Of a DNA stretch of 64,000 bases, positions 1 through 10,565 are shown in pieces. Position 1 is the first letter of the stretch, and each line of letters starts with the position of its first letter. The translations under genes were made by a program, and so were the position numbers. Location: assembly GCA_963819655.1 (NCBI GenBank), contig CAWFXA010000002.1:416001-480000 (forward strand), written 5' to 3'. Origin of the DNA: an uncultured Chloroflexia bacterium. Its GTDB lineage: Bacteria > Chloroflexota > Limnocylindria > Limnocylindrales > CSP1-4. The notes under the pieces were generated by a model. The model worked only from the letters and a program-made list of their open reading frames with translations. It had not been told where the DNA came from and did no database searches.

Positions 1-162
1 GCGTATTTCCCGTTCCCCGACGGGATCCAGGCGGCCGCGACGGCGGGCATCACGGCCATCATCCAGCCCGGCGGCTCGATCCGCGACGAGATGGCGATCG
101 AAGTCGCCGACCGACACCACCTAGCGATGGTCTTTACGGGGCGGAGGCACTTTCGACATTGA
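1..162 (+). CDS. purH: Bifunctional AICAR transformylase/IMP cyclohydrolase, C-terminal end (partial)
   Basis: Frame 1 reads AYFPFPDG...[10 protein letters not shown]...[11 protein letters not shown], the canonical PurH C-terminus. Confidence 0.95.
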   Translation, partial: AYFPFPDGIQAAATAGITAIIQPGGSIRDEMAIEVADRHHLAMVFTGRRHFRH

Positions 163-164
163 GC

Positions 165-280
165 GGACGGCTGATGCTGGACCGACGCGTCGTTGCGCCC
201 TCCGCCCCTCGCTCACGCACGTCTGAGTGCGCTCGCTCAGGTACTCGGGCGCGCCTAGCCTCGGTCCGCCTGAGCCGCCC
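165..280. repeat. Structured intergenic hairpin element, copy 1
   Basis: Core GGACCGA..CGTTGCGCCC..TCGCTCA-CGCAC/GTGCG-CTCGCTC..GGGCGCGCCTAG..TCGGTCC (179-267) is shared with 12441-12531 and 19500-19634. Confidence 0.8.
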
Positions 281-361
281 TGGCTGGGGCCGCGATACGG
301 TCCGGGCGCGGCGTTGGGCGCTGCGCGCGAACCGCCTTGCGACCCCTGACAATTCGGGCTG

Positions 362-1345
362 ATGGAGCAACTTCTCGCGCTCGAGATGGTGCGCGTCACG
401 GAGGCCGCGGCGATCGAATCGGCGCGGTTCATGGGACGGGGCGCCAAGGACGAGGCGGACGCCGCGGCCACGACCGCGATGCGCAAGACCATGGACGAGA
501 TCGAGTTCGCCGGCCGCATCGTCATCGGCGAGGGCGAGCGCGACGAGGCGCCGATGCTGTACATCGGGGAGCGGGTCGGCAAGACGGGCGCGGACCGTGC
601 CGAAGTCCCGGCCATCGACATCGCGGTCGATCCCCTCGAGGGCACGAACCTCGTCGCGCACGGCCAGGCCGGCGCGATCACCGTGCTCTGCGCCAGTGAA
701 GCCGGCGGGCTCACCAACGCGCCCGACACGTACATGGACAAGCTGTGTGTCGGCCCGGTCGTCGCCGGCAAGGTCGATATCCGTGTCAGCCCGACAGAGA
801 ACCTCGGGCGCATCGCCGAGGCGCTCGGCCGCAAGGTGTCGGACATCACGGTCGTCATCCTCGAGCGTCCGCGCCACGATGACCTCATCGCGGAAGTCCG
901 CGCCGCCGGCGCCCGGATCAAGCTCATCGGCGACGGCGACCTGTCCGCGGCGATCTCGTGTGCCGTGTCCGGCACGGGCGTCCACGCGGTGATGGGTATC
1001 GGTGGTGCGCCCGAAGGCGTCATCACCGCAGGCGCGCTGCGCTGCCTCGGCGGCGAGATCCAGGCGCGCTTCCGCTACCGGTCGCCCGAGGAGCGCCAGC
1101 GCGGCGCGGCGATGGGACACGGCGATGAGGACCGGGTCTACCACACGGAGGACCTCGCGCCGGGCGAGAACCTCGTGTTCGCAGCCACCGGCGTGACCAC
1201 CGGCGACCTTCTCCAGGGGGTCCGGTTCTTCGGCGGTGGGGCGCGCACCCACTCGCTGGTCATGGCGTACCAGGCCAAACAGGTCCGGTTCGTCGATACC
1301 GTCCACATGTTCGATCGCGACAGCCCGCCCCGGGTCCGACTCTGA
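362..1345 (+). CDS. glpX: Class II fructose-1,6-bisphosphatase
   Basis: [31 protein letters not shown] and GIGGAPEGV motifs. Confidence 0.97.
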   Translation: MEQLLALEMVRVTEAAAIESARFMGRGAKDEADAAATTAMRKTMDEIEFAGRIVIGEGERDEAPMLYIGERVGKTGADRAEVPAIDIAVDPLEGTNLVAHGQAGAITVLCASEAGGLTNAPDTYMDKLCVGPVVAGKVDIRVSPTENLGRIAEALGRKVSDITVVILERPRHDDLIAEVRAAGARIKLIGDGDLSAAISCAVSGTGVHAVMGIGGAPEGVITAGALRCLGGEIQARFRYRSPEERQRGAAMGHGDEDRVYHTEDLAPGENLVFAATGVTTGDLLQGVRFFGGGARTHSLVMAYQAKQVRFVDTVHMFDRDSPPRVRL

Positions 1346-2382
1346 CGGCCGCGCCTCCAGCGAGGCTCGGCCTCGTCCTCGGTCTGCTCGCGTGCGTCGT
1401 CGTCGCCGGGCTGGCTCGGTGGATCGGCGGCGCCCTCCAGCTCGGGCTCGAGACCGCCATCGCGCTGGCGCTGGGCCTCCTCCTGGGGGCGTCCGCCGGG
1501 ATCCGGGCCCGGCTGCTGCCTGGCGCCACGCTTGCAGCGCGCTTCGCGCTCCGCATCGGGATCACCCTGCTCGGGGCCCGACTCACACTCGGCCAGCTCC
1601 TGGCGACGGGCGCCGGGAGCGTCGTCGCGATCGCCCTGACCGTCACGGCAGCCCTGCTGCTTGGGACTTGGCTGGCGCGGCGGCTTGGCATCGTCCCGCC
1701 GCTGTCCGCGCTGATCACGGTCGGCATGGCCATCTGCGGCAACTCCGCGATCCTCGCGCTGTCGCCGATCATCGGCGCGCGCCACCGGGAGACCGCGTAC
1801 GCCGTGTCTGCGATCACGCTCTTCGGGCTGATGGGTGTGCTGGCGCTGCCGGTGCTCGGGCGGCTGATGGGGCTCGGCGACGCGGCCTTCGGGATGTGGG
1901 CGGGCCTGGCGGTCAACGACACCGCCCAGGTCGTCGCGACGGGCTACGCCTACTCGGCGCCGGCCGGGGACGTCGCCACGGTCGTCAAGCTGACGCGCAA
2001 CCTGGCCATCCTGCCCGTGCTGCTCGGGGCGACGTGGTGGGCGGCCCGTTCCCTCGATCGGCCCGGCGAGGCGTCTGAGCCGACATCGACGCCCGCCATG
2101 GTCGCGCGCGCCGTCCCATGGTTCGTCGTCGGCTTCGTGGTCTTCGCGGCGTTGCGCTCGGCGGGCCTTCTGGACGCTGCGCTGCCGACCGGCGGCACAC
2201 TCGCCGACCTGTGCTCGACGCTCGCGGCGCTGCTGATCCTCGTCGCCCTCGCCGGGGTGGGTCTGGCGACCGATGTCCGGGCGATGCTCGGGGTCGGGGC
2301 GCGTCCGTTCGTGCTCGGCGCCTCGATCTGGATCGCTATCGGCCTGCTCGGGCTGGGCGTCGCACGGGTCTACCATGGCTAG
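1342..2382 (+). CDS. YeiH/putative sulfate exporter family membrane protein (probable CTG start)
   Basis: [10 protein letters not shown] and [10 protein letters not shown]...VKLTRN motifs. The hydrophobic frame stays open upstream of the listed ATG (1726) back to CTG 1342, which overlaps the glpX stop (CTGA). Confidence 0.8.
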   Translation: MTAAPPARLGLVLGLLACVVVAGLARWIGGALQLGLETAIALALGLLLGASAGIRARLLPGATLAARFALRIGITLLGARLTLGQLLATGAGSVVAIALTVTAALLLGTWLARRLGIVPPLSALITVGMAICGNSAILALSPIIGARHRETAYAVSAITLFGLMGVLALPVLGRLMGLGDAAFGMWAGLAVNDTAQVVATGYAYSAPAGDVATVVKLTRNLAILPVLLGATWWAARSLDRPGEASEPTSTPAMVARAVPWFVVGFVVFAALRSAGLLDAALPTGGTLADLCSTLAALLILVALAGVGLATDVRAMLGVGARPFVLGASIWIAIGLLGLGVARVYHG

Positions 2383-2386
2383 GCCC

Positions 2387-3793
2387 ATGGACGTGGAGTT
2401 GGTCCTGACCCCCGGGCTCGGCAACGGCGCGTTCCTGATCGCAGCCGGGCGGGACGCCGTCGTGGTCGATCCGCCGCGCGATGCCTGGCGCGTGATGGCC
2501 GCGGCGGAGGCGCGCGGCTGGCATGTCACGCATGTGCTCGAGACGCACGTCCACAACGACTACCTGTCGGGCGCGCTCGAGCTGCGCTCGGCCGTCGGGG
2601 CGGAGATCCTCGCCCCGGCGCGCGGCCGGTACGCGTTCGCCCATCGACCGATGGACGATACCGACGCACTCGAGATCGATGGGCTCCGGCTGACGGCCCG
2701 GGCCACGCCCGGTCATACACCGGAGCACCTCGCCTGGGAGGTGTGGACCGACGGCGACACGGGACCGGCCGCCATCGCCACTGGCGGCAGCCTGCTCGTC
2801 GGGAGCGCGGGAAGGACCGACCTGCTCGGCGCGGACCAGACGGACGACCTGACCCGGGCGCAGTTCCACTCGCTCCGCGCCCTCGCGATGCTGCCGGACG
2901 ACGTGGCGGTCCTGCCGACCCATGGCGCGGGCAGCTTCTGCTCGGTCGGGCCGGCCGATGCGGCACGCATGACGACGATCGGACGGGAACGCCGGTCAAA
3001 CCCGCTGCTGCGGCTCGCCGACGAGACCGCCTTCCGGGCCGCGCTGCTGGACGGCCTCGGGCCGTATCCCAGGTACTACGCCGAGATGGGGCCGGTCAAT
3101 CGCGCCGGGCCAACCGTGGTCGGCCGGCTCGCGCAGCCCCCCGAGATCGGACCCGATGCGGTCAGGACCGCGGTCGCCGGCGGGGCGCACATCGTCGATG
3201 GCCGATCGCGCGAGGCGTTCGCAGCCGGTCACATCGGGGGCTCGCTGAACATCGAGCTGGCCGACTCGTTCGCGTCGTACGTGGGGTGGTTCGTGCCGTT
3301 CGGCGCGGCGGTGGTGCTCATCCTCCCGGACCCGTTCGAGGACGCGCTGGTTGAGGCGACCACCCAGCTGTTCCGGATCGGTTACGACCGGATCGTCGGC
3401 GTGTTGGCCGGTGGCGTCGAGGCCTGGGGCGATGCCGGCGGGACCTTGGCCTCATATCCGGTGGTGTCAGCGGCGGCAGCGGCAGACGAGCTCGCGAACG
3501 GGGCGCGGCCCAATCTGCTCGACGTCCGCTACCCGCACGAGTGGCGCGACGACGGCGTTGTCCCGGGCTCGCTCGAGCTGTCGATCGGCGACCTCGCGGA
3601 TCGGCTCGACACGTTGCCGCGCGACCGGCCGATCACCGTCATGTGCAAGAGCGGCTCGCGGGCGTCGATCGCGGCCAGCATGCTCGACGCCGCCGGTTTC
3701 GATGTCCGCCTGGTCTCCGTCGGTGGCGCCCCGGACATTTTGGCGTCGCTCGGTGCGGCCGGACACGGGGCGGCGCCCACGCCGACGCGATGA
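2387..3793 (+). CDS. MBL-fold hydrolase (persulfide dioxygenase-like) with tandem rhodanese domains
   Basis: ETHVHNDY, TPGHTPEH and PTHGAGS motifs; C-terminal rhodanese CKSGSRA. Confidence 0.9.
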   Translation: MDVELVLTPGLGNGAFLIAAGRDAVVVDPPRDAWRVMAAAEARGWHVTHVLETHVHNDYLSGALELRSAVGAEILAPARGRYAFAHRPMDDTDALEIDGLRLTARATPGHTPEHLAWEVWTDGDTGPAAIATGGSLLVGSAGRTDLLGADQTDDLTRAQFHSLRALAMLPDDVAVLPTHGAGSFCSVGPADAARMTTIGRERRSNPLLRLADETAFRAALLDGLGPYPRYYAEMGPVNRAGPTVVGRLAQPPEIGPDAVRTAVAGGAHIVDGRSREAFAAGHIGGSLNIELADSFASYVGWFVPFGAAVVLILPDPFEDALVEATTQLFRIGYDRIVGVLAGGVEAWGDAGGTLASYPVVSAAAAADELANGARPNLLDVRYPHEWRDDGVVPGSLELSIGDLADRLDTLPRDRPITVMCKSGSRASIAASMLDAAGFDVRLVSVGGAPDILASLGAAGHGAAPTPTR

Positions 3794-5071
3794 CCACGCT
3801 CAAGACCACGCTTGGCGAAGCCAGCGCCCGGGCCCTCGACGCCGCCGATCCGTTGGCCGGCTGGCGCGAGCGATTCCACATGCCGGCGGGCGCCGGTGGG
3901 CGGCCGAAGGCGTATCTGGCGGGGATGTCGCTCGGTGCCCAACCGGTCGGGGCGCGCGAGGCGGTCGAGCGTGAGCTCGATCGCTGGGCAGAGCTTGGGG
4001 TCGACGCCTGGTTCGGTGCGCGCGAGGGCTGGCTCGATGGCCGACGGGGCCATCCGGGAGATGGCGGCCGGCGTCGTCGGTGCTCGGCCGGACGAGGTCG
4101 CAACGGCGAACACCCTGACCGTCAACCTGCATCTGCTGCTCGCGGGCTTCTATCGTCCCGAGGGACGTCGCACCGCGATCCTGATCGACGCGCCGACCTT
4201 CCCGTCCGATCGGTACGCGGTCGACTCGCACCTGCGGCACCACGGTCTCGATCCCGCCGACGAGCTCGTTATCGTCCGCCCGCGCGAGGGCGAGGCCACC
4301 CTCCGCACCGAGGACCTGGAGGGCGCGATCCACGACAACCGCGACCGGCTCGCACTTGCGTTGCTCGCGGGTGTCAACTACGCAACCGGACAGCTCCAGC
4401 CGATCGAGCGTCTGACGGCCGCCGTCCACGCCGCGGGCGCGGTCGCGCTGTGGGATCTCGCGCACGCTGCCGGGAACGTGCCCCTCGCCCTCCATGACGC
4501 CGATGTCGACGCCGCTGCCTGGTGCACCTACAAGTACCTGAACAGCGGCCCGGGTGCGCTCGGCCAGTTCTTCGTCCACGAGAGGCACGGCGAGGCCGCG
4601 TCGGCCCGTCGACTGACCGGCTGGTGGGGCAACGACGAAGCGACGCGGTTCGAGATGGCCGAGACGATCGACCCCGCACGGGGTGCCGGTGGATGGCGGA
4701 TCTCGACGCCACCGATCCTGTCGCTCGCCCCGATCGGGGTCTCGCTCGCGATGTTCGATGCGGTCGGGATGGCGGCCCTGCGGGAGCGGTCGGTGGCTTT
4801 GACCGCGTATCTCGAGGCGGCCATCGACGCCCTTGCACCCGACGCTGAGATCATCACGCCACGGGACCCCACGGCGCGCGGAGCGCAGCTGTCGGTGCGC
4901 GTCCCGGACGCGCCGGCTCGCCTGGCGGCCATCGAGGCGCTCGACGTCGTGGCGGACTTCCGCGAACCGGATATCGTCCGTCTGGCACCGGTCCCGCTGT
5001 ACTCGACCTACTACGACGCCTGGCGCGCCGCGCGAGCGCTGGCCGATACGACCCGAAGGAGCCCCGGATGA
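3790..5071 (+). CDS. kynU: Kynureninase, with a single-base frameshift at ~4039
   Basis: N-terminus DAADPLAGWRERF..YLAGMSLG in one frame; LTVNLHLL, WDLAHAAGNVP and PLP-Lys motif WCTYKYLNSGPG in the next. Join reads GAT-G-GCC. Confidence 0.88.
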
Positions 5072-6063
5072 CCAAGATCGGCTACGCGGCGATGATGGAG
5101 CAGTTCCACCCGACCGACCTCCTCGACTGGTGCGCCCAGGCGGAGGCGGCGGGCTTCGAGGCCGGCTTCATGGTCTCGGAGCATTTCCATCCGTGGACCC
5201 CGCAGCAGGGCCAGAGCGGCTTCGCCTGGGCGTTCATGGGCGCGCTCGGACTGCGGACGTCATTGCGGTTCGGGACGGCGGTCACGTGCCCCGGTTTCCG
5301 CTACCACCCGGCAGTCATCGCGCATGCCGCGGCCACGCTCGGCGCGATGTACCCGGGTCGCTTCTACCTCGGTCTGGGCGCCGGCGAGGCGCTCAACGAG
5401 CACGTCATCGCGCCGGTATGGCCGGAGGTGCCGATCCGTAGCGCGATGATGTTCGAGGCGATCGAGGTCATCAGCAAGCTGTTCAGCGGTGACGTCGTGC
5501 GCCACGACGGCAAGTACTTCACGCTCGAGCGGGCCAAGCTCTACACCAGGCCGCCGGACGACCAGCGCGTGCCGATCTATGTCGCCACCGCCGGGCCGAT
5601 CAACGCGAAGAAGACCGGCAAGTTCGCCGACGGACTCATCACGGTCGGTGCGGCCGACGACAAGATGAAGATGATCTGGGGCAAGTTCGAGGAGGGCCGC
5701 AGCGAAGTCGGCAAGGACGGGCCCGGCCCCAAGTTCCTCCAGCTCCACATCTCCTGGGCGCCCACCGACGACGAGGCGATGGAGAACGCCCTGGTCGAAT
5801 GGCCCAACGGCGGCATGGCGTTCTTCCCCAAGCAGGACATCAAGAACCCCGAGGACTTCGCCGGGATAGCCAAGCTGGTGCGCGCCGAGGACTTCACGAA
5901 CCGGGTGATGATCAGCGGCGACCTCGAGGAGCATTGCCGGCATATCCAGCACTACGTCGACATGGGCTACGACGAGATCCACCTCCACAACGTGGGGCGC
6001 AACCAGGCCGAGTTCATCGAGACGTTCGGGCGGGAGGTCCTACCCAACCTCAGGCTCGACTGA
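5068..6063 (+). CDS. F420-dependent LLM-class oxidoreductase (G6PDH-like family)
   Basis: EQFHP, SEHFHPW, TAVTCP..RYHPA and GLGAGEALNE motifs. Confidence 0.88.
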   Translation: MTKIGYAAMMEQFHPTDLLDWCAQAEAAGFEAGFMVSEHFHPWTPQQGQSGFAWAFMGALGLRTSLRFGTAVTCPGFRYHPAVIAHAAATLGAMYPGRFYLGLGAGEALNEHVIAPVWPEVPIRSAMMFEAIEVISKLFSGDVVRHDGKYFTLERAKLYTRPPDDQRVPIYVATAGPINAKKTGKFADGLITVGAADDKMKMIWGKFEEGRSEVGKDGPGPKFLQLHISWAPTDDEAMENALVEWPNGGMAFFPKQDIKNPEDFAGIAKLVRAEDFTNRVMISGDLEEHCRHIQHYVDMGYDEIHLHNVGRNQAEFIETFGREVLPNLRLD

Positions 6064-6697
6064 CCCCTTCGCCTGTCACGGGCCGCCACGTTCGTCGGGC
6101 TGGGTCCCATACCCCCACGACGCGGACGCTGCCTGGCGGCTCCCGCGCGGCGGCCCGCCGGCGTGCGGTCTCCACTGTCTCCGTCCGGCCCGGCGCCACG
6201 AGGCGCGGCGCGAGGTCGGCGAGCGGGGCGAGGACGAACAGCCGCTCACCGAGGTACCGATGCGGGACCTCGAGGCGTTTGGCGGCCTTGGCCGGGTCGA
6301 CGTTCGCGTCAACGGAGCGCGCCGCCAGGGACCGCTCGACGTCGATCCGATGGCGCCCGAACACCAGCAGGTCGAGATCGAGCTCGCGGGGACCCCAGCG
6401 CCGTCGCCGGCGACGGCCGGCGGCTCGCTCGATCGTCTTGAGCCGGCCGAGGATGCCGAGGGCTGCGTCCGCGGGAGCGCGGTCGTCGTAGCGGATGTCG
6501 GCTGCGACGGTGGCGTTGCGGAACTCTGGCTGGTCCGTCACGCCCCAGGGCACGGTGGCGTAGAGCCGCGAGACCCCGGCGACTCGCACGCCGGGCAGAT
6601 CCGCGATCGCCTCGACCGCCGACGCCAGGGTTCGGGCCGGATCGCCGACGTTTGATCCGAGGCCGATATAGGCACGGGCCGTTCGGCGGGCTGTCAT
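6050..6697 (-). CDS. folK: 2-amino-4-hydroxy-6-hydroxymethyldihydropteridine diphosphokinase
   Basis: AYIGLGSNVGD, QPEFRN, RWGPRELDLDLL and LEVPH...RLFVLAPL motifs. Confidence 0.95.
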   Translation of the reverse strand: MTARRTARAYIGLGSNVGDPARTLASAVEAIADLPGVRVAGVSRLYATVPWGVTDQPEFRNATVAADIRYDDRAPADAALGILGRLKTIERAAGRRRRRRWGPRELDLDLLVFGRHRIDVERSLAARSVDANVDPAKAAKRLEVPHRYLGERLFVLAPLADLAPRLVAPGRTETVETARRRAAAREPPGSVRVVGVWDPARRTWRPVTGEGVSRA

Positions 6698-6806
6698 CGA
6701 CGGCACCTTACTATCCGGCCATGGAGGCCGGACCGACTCCCACCTTACGCCGGCTGCGCCGCCCGACCGCCTCGCTCCGCGTCCGCGTCCCGGCTGGGGG
6801 CTCGAC

Positions 6807-7862
6807 ATGACCGAGGTCGATGTCGCCGTCCTCCACGCGGAGCCAGATGCTGACGCGGGTCCGCTGACGCGCGCCACCGCGGCGGCTCGGCTGGACACCG
6901 CCGAGCGGCATGTACGCGGATTCCTCGAGGCCGGAGCGACTCGGGCACGGATCCACGCTGGCCCGCCTGACGGACGTCCGTTCGGGTCGCGGCTGCGCGA
7001 CGTGGTCGCGGAGCTCGGGGATGGTGGCTTGATCGTCCTCGGGTCCGGGGCCGTGCCGCTTGCGACCCCGTCGGACCGTCGCGATCTCGTCACCGCGGCG
7101 GCCGCCGACGGGCCCCGAGCCCTCACGAACAACCGCTACTCGGCGGACGTGATCGCGGTGGCGCAGGCACGCCGAGCGCTCGGGACCGTCCCGGATGTGC
7201 CGACCGACAACGCGCTCCCGCGCTGGCTCGAGGAGCACGCCGGCGTGCCCGTCGACGACCGGCGCAGACGAACCCGACTCGGGATCGACATCGACGGACC
7301 ACTCGACCTCGTCCTGCTCGGCGGTCGATGGCGGTCATGGCTCCAGGGTGCCGACACGGCCCGCGTGCGCGCGATCCTCGATGCCGTCGGATCCGTCGTC
7401 GCGGACCCCGCCGCCGAGCTCGTCGTGACGGGACGGGTGTCCGCCACGAACCTTGCCTGGCTGGAGGCACGGACCGCGTCGCGGACCCGGGCACTCATCG
7501 AGGAGCGCGGCCTGCGGACCCGCCGCGCCGACCAGCGACCGGCGGCGTCGGTGCTCGGCGCGCTGCTGGACCGCGATGGTCCCGAGTCGCTCGGCGAGAC
7601 GCTCGCGCAGCTCGCGGACGCCGCGATCGTGGACACGCGGGTATTGCTCGCACACCGGTTCGGCGCGGATGAGGCCGGTTGGCCGGTGGCGGAGGACCGG
7701 TTCGCATCAGATCTCCTCTTGACCGCGAGCATCGAGGACGCCTGGCTGCGCGCCCTCACGGCGTCCGCGGTGCATGCGCCGATCCCGGTCTTGCTCGGCG
7801 GGCACACGCTCGTGGGCCCGGGCCTGCGCTTCGCCCTCGGACGCGCGCCCGGACGCCGATGA
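6807..7862 (+). CDS. CofC/MobA-like nucleotidyltransferase-fold protein of unknown function
   Basis: GSGAVPLA, NNRYSAD, DNALP and DIDGPLDL resemble CofC/DUF2064-type motifs; extra C-terminal domain. Confidence 0.5.
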   Translation: MTEVDVAVLHAEPDADAGPLTRATAAARLDTAERHVRGFLEAGATRARIHAGPPDGRPFGSRLRDVVAELGDGGLIVLGSGAVPLATPSDRRDLVTAAAADGPRALTNNRYSADVIAVAQARRALGTVPDVPTDNALPRWLEEHAGVPVDDRRRRTRLGIDIDGPLDLVLLGGRWRSWLQGADTARVRAILDAVGSVVADPAAELVVTGRVSATNLAWLEARTASRTRALIEERGLRTRRADQRPAASVLGALLDRDGPESLGETLAQLADAAIVDTRVLLAHRFGADEAGWPVAEDRFASDLLLTASIEDAWLRALTASAVHAPIPVLLGGHTLVGPGLRFALGRAPGRR

Positions 7863-7887
7863 CGAACGCGCACGTAGCGTCGGCACC

Positions 7888-9099
7888 GTGACGGACCTGC
7901 GACCCGAGCTCCGGCGCGACGGGCCGACCGATCTCTCGGACGTCGGCGAAGATGCTGCCCTCGTGGAGCGGATCCGCGACGAGATCCAGCGCGGCGGGCC
8001 TATGCCCTTCGCGCGCTTCATGGACCTCGCGCTGTACGACCCCGACGGCGGCTATTACCGGTCGGGCGATGCTCGGCCCGGTCGCGGCGGCGACTTCCTG
8101 ACCGCCCCTGAACTTCATCCGATCTTCGGCGAGATGCTCGCCCGGGCCGTCGTCCAGGCCTGGGAGCGCACGGAGCGTCCGGACCCGTTCGTCGTCGTCG
8201 AGCACGGCGCGGGCGAGGGTGCGCTGGCGACATCGCTGCTCGACGCCGTGCGTGACACCCCGCTCGCGGGCTCCATCCGCTACCGCCCCGTCGAGGTCGA
8301 CGACAAACGGATGCTGGCGCTGCGGGATCGGCTCGAGACGTCCGGCCTCGCCGATCGGCTGGACATCGGGTCGTCCGATGCTCCGTTCGATGGGGTCGTC
8401 CTCGCCAACGAGGTCCTCGACGCGCTCCCTGTCCATCGCGTTCGGCGGGTGGACGGCGTGCTGCGCGAGCTGGCGGTCGTTCTCGGGCCGGACGGCGCGT
8501 TCGTCGAGGTCGCCATCGCGCCGACGACGGTTGCGCTCGCGGAGCGGCTCGCCGCCGAGGGCGTCGAGCTCGTCGATGGTCAGACGGCCGAGATCTGCCT
8601 CGCCCTGGACGCCTGGATCGCGCGTGCGACTGCCCCGTTGCGGCGCGGGCTGGCACTTCTCATCGACTACGGCGCAATCGCGGCCGAGCTGTACGACCCC
8701 GCGCGCCGACGCCACGGTACGCTGCGCGCCTACGTGCGACACCAAGTCCACGACGATCCGTATCGGTTCGTCGGGCGTCAGGACCTGACCGCGCACGTCG
8801 ACGTGACGGCGGTCGAGCGAGCCGCTGTCGCCGCGGGCCTCACGACGGTCGGGATCACGACCCAGGCCGAGGCGCTGATGGGCCTCGGCATCGAGGAGCG
8901 GCTCCGCGAGATCCAAGGGGACCCGGCGACGACGTTCGAGGACTACACGCTGCTGCGATCCGCCCTGCTGCGGCTGCTCGACCCGGCTGCCATGGGCCGG
9001 TTCCGGTTCATGGTCTTCGGCCGCGACTGGCCGTCGGTAGCGGGTCTGGACCTGCTCGGCTATCGATTGCCGGGCCGAGCGGGGCGACCGACCGACTAG
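7888..9099 (+). CDS. MidA/NDUFAF7-family SAM-dependent methyltransferase
   Basis: GPMPFARFMDLALY..GYY, DFLTAPE, EHGAGEG, ANEVLDALP, IDYG and QDLTAHVD motifs. Confidence 0.92.
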   Translation: MTDLRPELRRDGPTDLSDVGEDAALVERIRDEIQRGGPMPFARFMDLALYDPDGGYYRSGDARPGRGGDFLTAPELHPIFGEMLARAVVQAWERTERPDPFVVVEHGAGEGALATSLLDAVRDTPLAGSIRYRPVEVDDKRMLALRDRLETSGLADRLDIGSSDAPFDGVVLANEVLDALPVHRVRRVDGVLRELAVVLGPDGAFVEVAIAPTTVALAERLAAEGVELVDGQTAEICLALDAWIARATAPLRRGLALLIDYGAIAAELYDPARRRHGTLRAYVRHQVHDDPYRFVGRQDLTAHVDVTAVERAAVAAGLTTVGITTQAEALMGLGIEERLREIQGDPATTFEDYTLLRSALLRLLDPAAMGRFRFMVFGRDWPSVAGLDLLGYRLPGRAGRPTD

Positions 9100-9373
9100 G
9101 GCGAATGCCGTATTGCCCCGACGGGGCCTTCGGCGTCAGGCTGACCGTGGTCGTCGCACGACCGCACCGTCACGGGGGGCGCGACGTGAACCTGCACGCG
9201 CGCTCGGCGCGTCGCGCCCCCCGCTCCGGTGCCCACGAAGCCATCGGCACGGTCCCCCAGCGTGCCCGGATCCGGATCAGCGCTCCTCCTCTGCCGATCC
9301 GGCGGCTCCCACGGCGAGGCGTCCCCCAGCGCCTCGCCGACCCCTGTCGTGACCCGTTCGAAGGCGTGCCCGC

Positions 9374-9382
9374 TGATAGAAT
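9374..9382 (+). promoter_or_regulatory. Extended -10 promoter (TGATAGAAT) upstream of the nuo operon
   Basis: TGnTAGAAT about 70 nt before the nuoA TTG; SD-like GAAGGGAG precedes the TTG. Confidence 0.6.
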
Positions 9383-9451
9383 GGCCGTGCGTGGAGGCTC
9401 CACGGAGCCACCCCTGCCCGCCGCCTCCGACCGGTCCCGAAGGGAGTTCGC

Positions 9452-9817
9452 TTGGAACAGCTCTGGTACGTCGTGGGCTTCGCCTTCGCCGGCGTGTCGT
9501 TCGTCTTCCTGACGATCGGTGCCGCGTGGTTGGTCTCACACCGCAATCGCGGCGACGTCCACAAGGGCCTGCCGTACGAATCGGGCATCGATACCTATGG
9601 CGATACGCACGGCCGGTTCGGGCTGTCGTTCTACATCTACGCCCTGCTGTTCGTGGCCTTCGACATCGAGGTGATCTTCATCTACCTCTGGGCGATCGTC
9701 TTCCAGGATCCCGCGCTGAACCCGGCGGCGCTGTTCGTGAGCATGGTGGTCTTCGTGGCGATCCTGCTCCTGGGCCTCGCCTACGCCTGGCGGAAGGGGG
9801 CCCTGACGTGGCGCTGA
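9452..9817 (+). CDS. nuoA: NADH-quinone oxidoreductase subunit A
   Basis: [22 protein letters not shown] and [10 protein letters not shown] motifs. Confidence 0.96.
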   Translation: MEQLWYVVGFAFAGVSFVFLTIGAAWLVSHRNRGDVHKGLPYESGIDTYGDTHGRFGLSFYIYALLFVAFDIEVIFIYLWAIVFQDPALNPAALFVSMVVFVAILLLGLAYAWRKGALTWR

Positions 9818-10563
9818 AGACGACACCGGATGGCCTCGGGGCCGGCCCCTCGGACGAGACCGCGATCTCGTCGGACGTCCCGGCCCAGCCCGGCCTCCCG
9901 GCGACCCGCCCGTCCGACGCTGTCGCGAATCCGATCGTCGTGCGGAACTCGCTCTGGCAGGCGGCGGATCCGTCCGCGTACGACGGCGGCCGCCCCACCG
10001 ACATCACCCACCTCGCGGAGCTCGAGGCGAGTGGCGCGGGCCGGCGCGACGATGCGCGCTGGAGTGGCGTCCTCGAGGTCATCCCCACCAAGGCCGACTA
10101 CGTGCTCGACCTCATCCGGATGAACAGCCTGTGGCCACTCCTGTCGGGGCTCGCGTGCTGCGCGATCGAGATGATGTCGGCGGCGACCTCCAAGAACGAC
10201 ATGGACCGGTGGGGCATGTTCCCGTTCCGGGCGAGCCCGCGTCAGGCCGACGTGCTCATCGTCGCCGGCACGCTGACGACGAAGATGGCCGGGCCACTGG
10301 TCCGCCTCTGGGAGCAGATGCCGGAGCCGAAGTGGTGCGTCGCGATGGGCGACTGCACGTGCTCGGGTGGCCGGTACAAGCGGAGCTACTCGACGGTCGA
10401 GGGGATCGATCGGGTCATGCCGGTGGACGTCTACGTCCCGGGCTGCCCGCCCCGGCCAGAGGGCCTCATCTACGGGATGATGAAGCTCCAGCAGCTGGTC
10501 AAGGACCGTCGCGGTCATTGGCCGGAGCGAGCCATCGGCCCGACCGTCCCCGAGCAGGTCTGA
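9808..10563 (+). CDS. nuoB: NADH-quinone oxidoreductase subunit B (N-terminal extension)
   Basis: [21 protein letters not shown] and [13 protein letters not shown] motifs. Confidence 0.96.
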   Translation: MALKTTPDGLGAGPSDETAISSDVPAQPGLPATRPSDAVANPIVVRNSLWQAADPSAYDGGRPTDITHLAELEASGAGRRDDARWSGVLEVIPTKADYVLDLIRMNSLWPLLSGLACCAIEMMSAATSKNDMDRWGMFPFRASPRQADVLIVAGTLTTKMAGPLVRLWEQMPEPKWCVAMGDCTCSGGRYKRSYSTVEGIDRVMPVDVYVPGCPPRPEGLIYGMMKLQQLVKDRRGHWPERAIGPTVPEQV

Positions 10564-10565
10564 CC

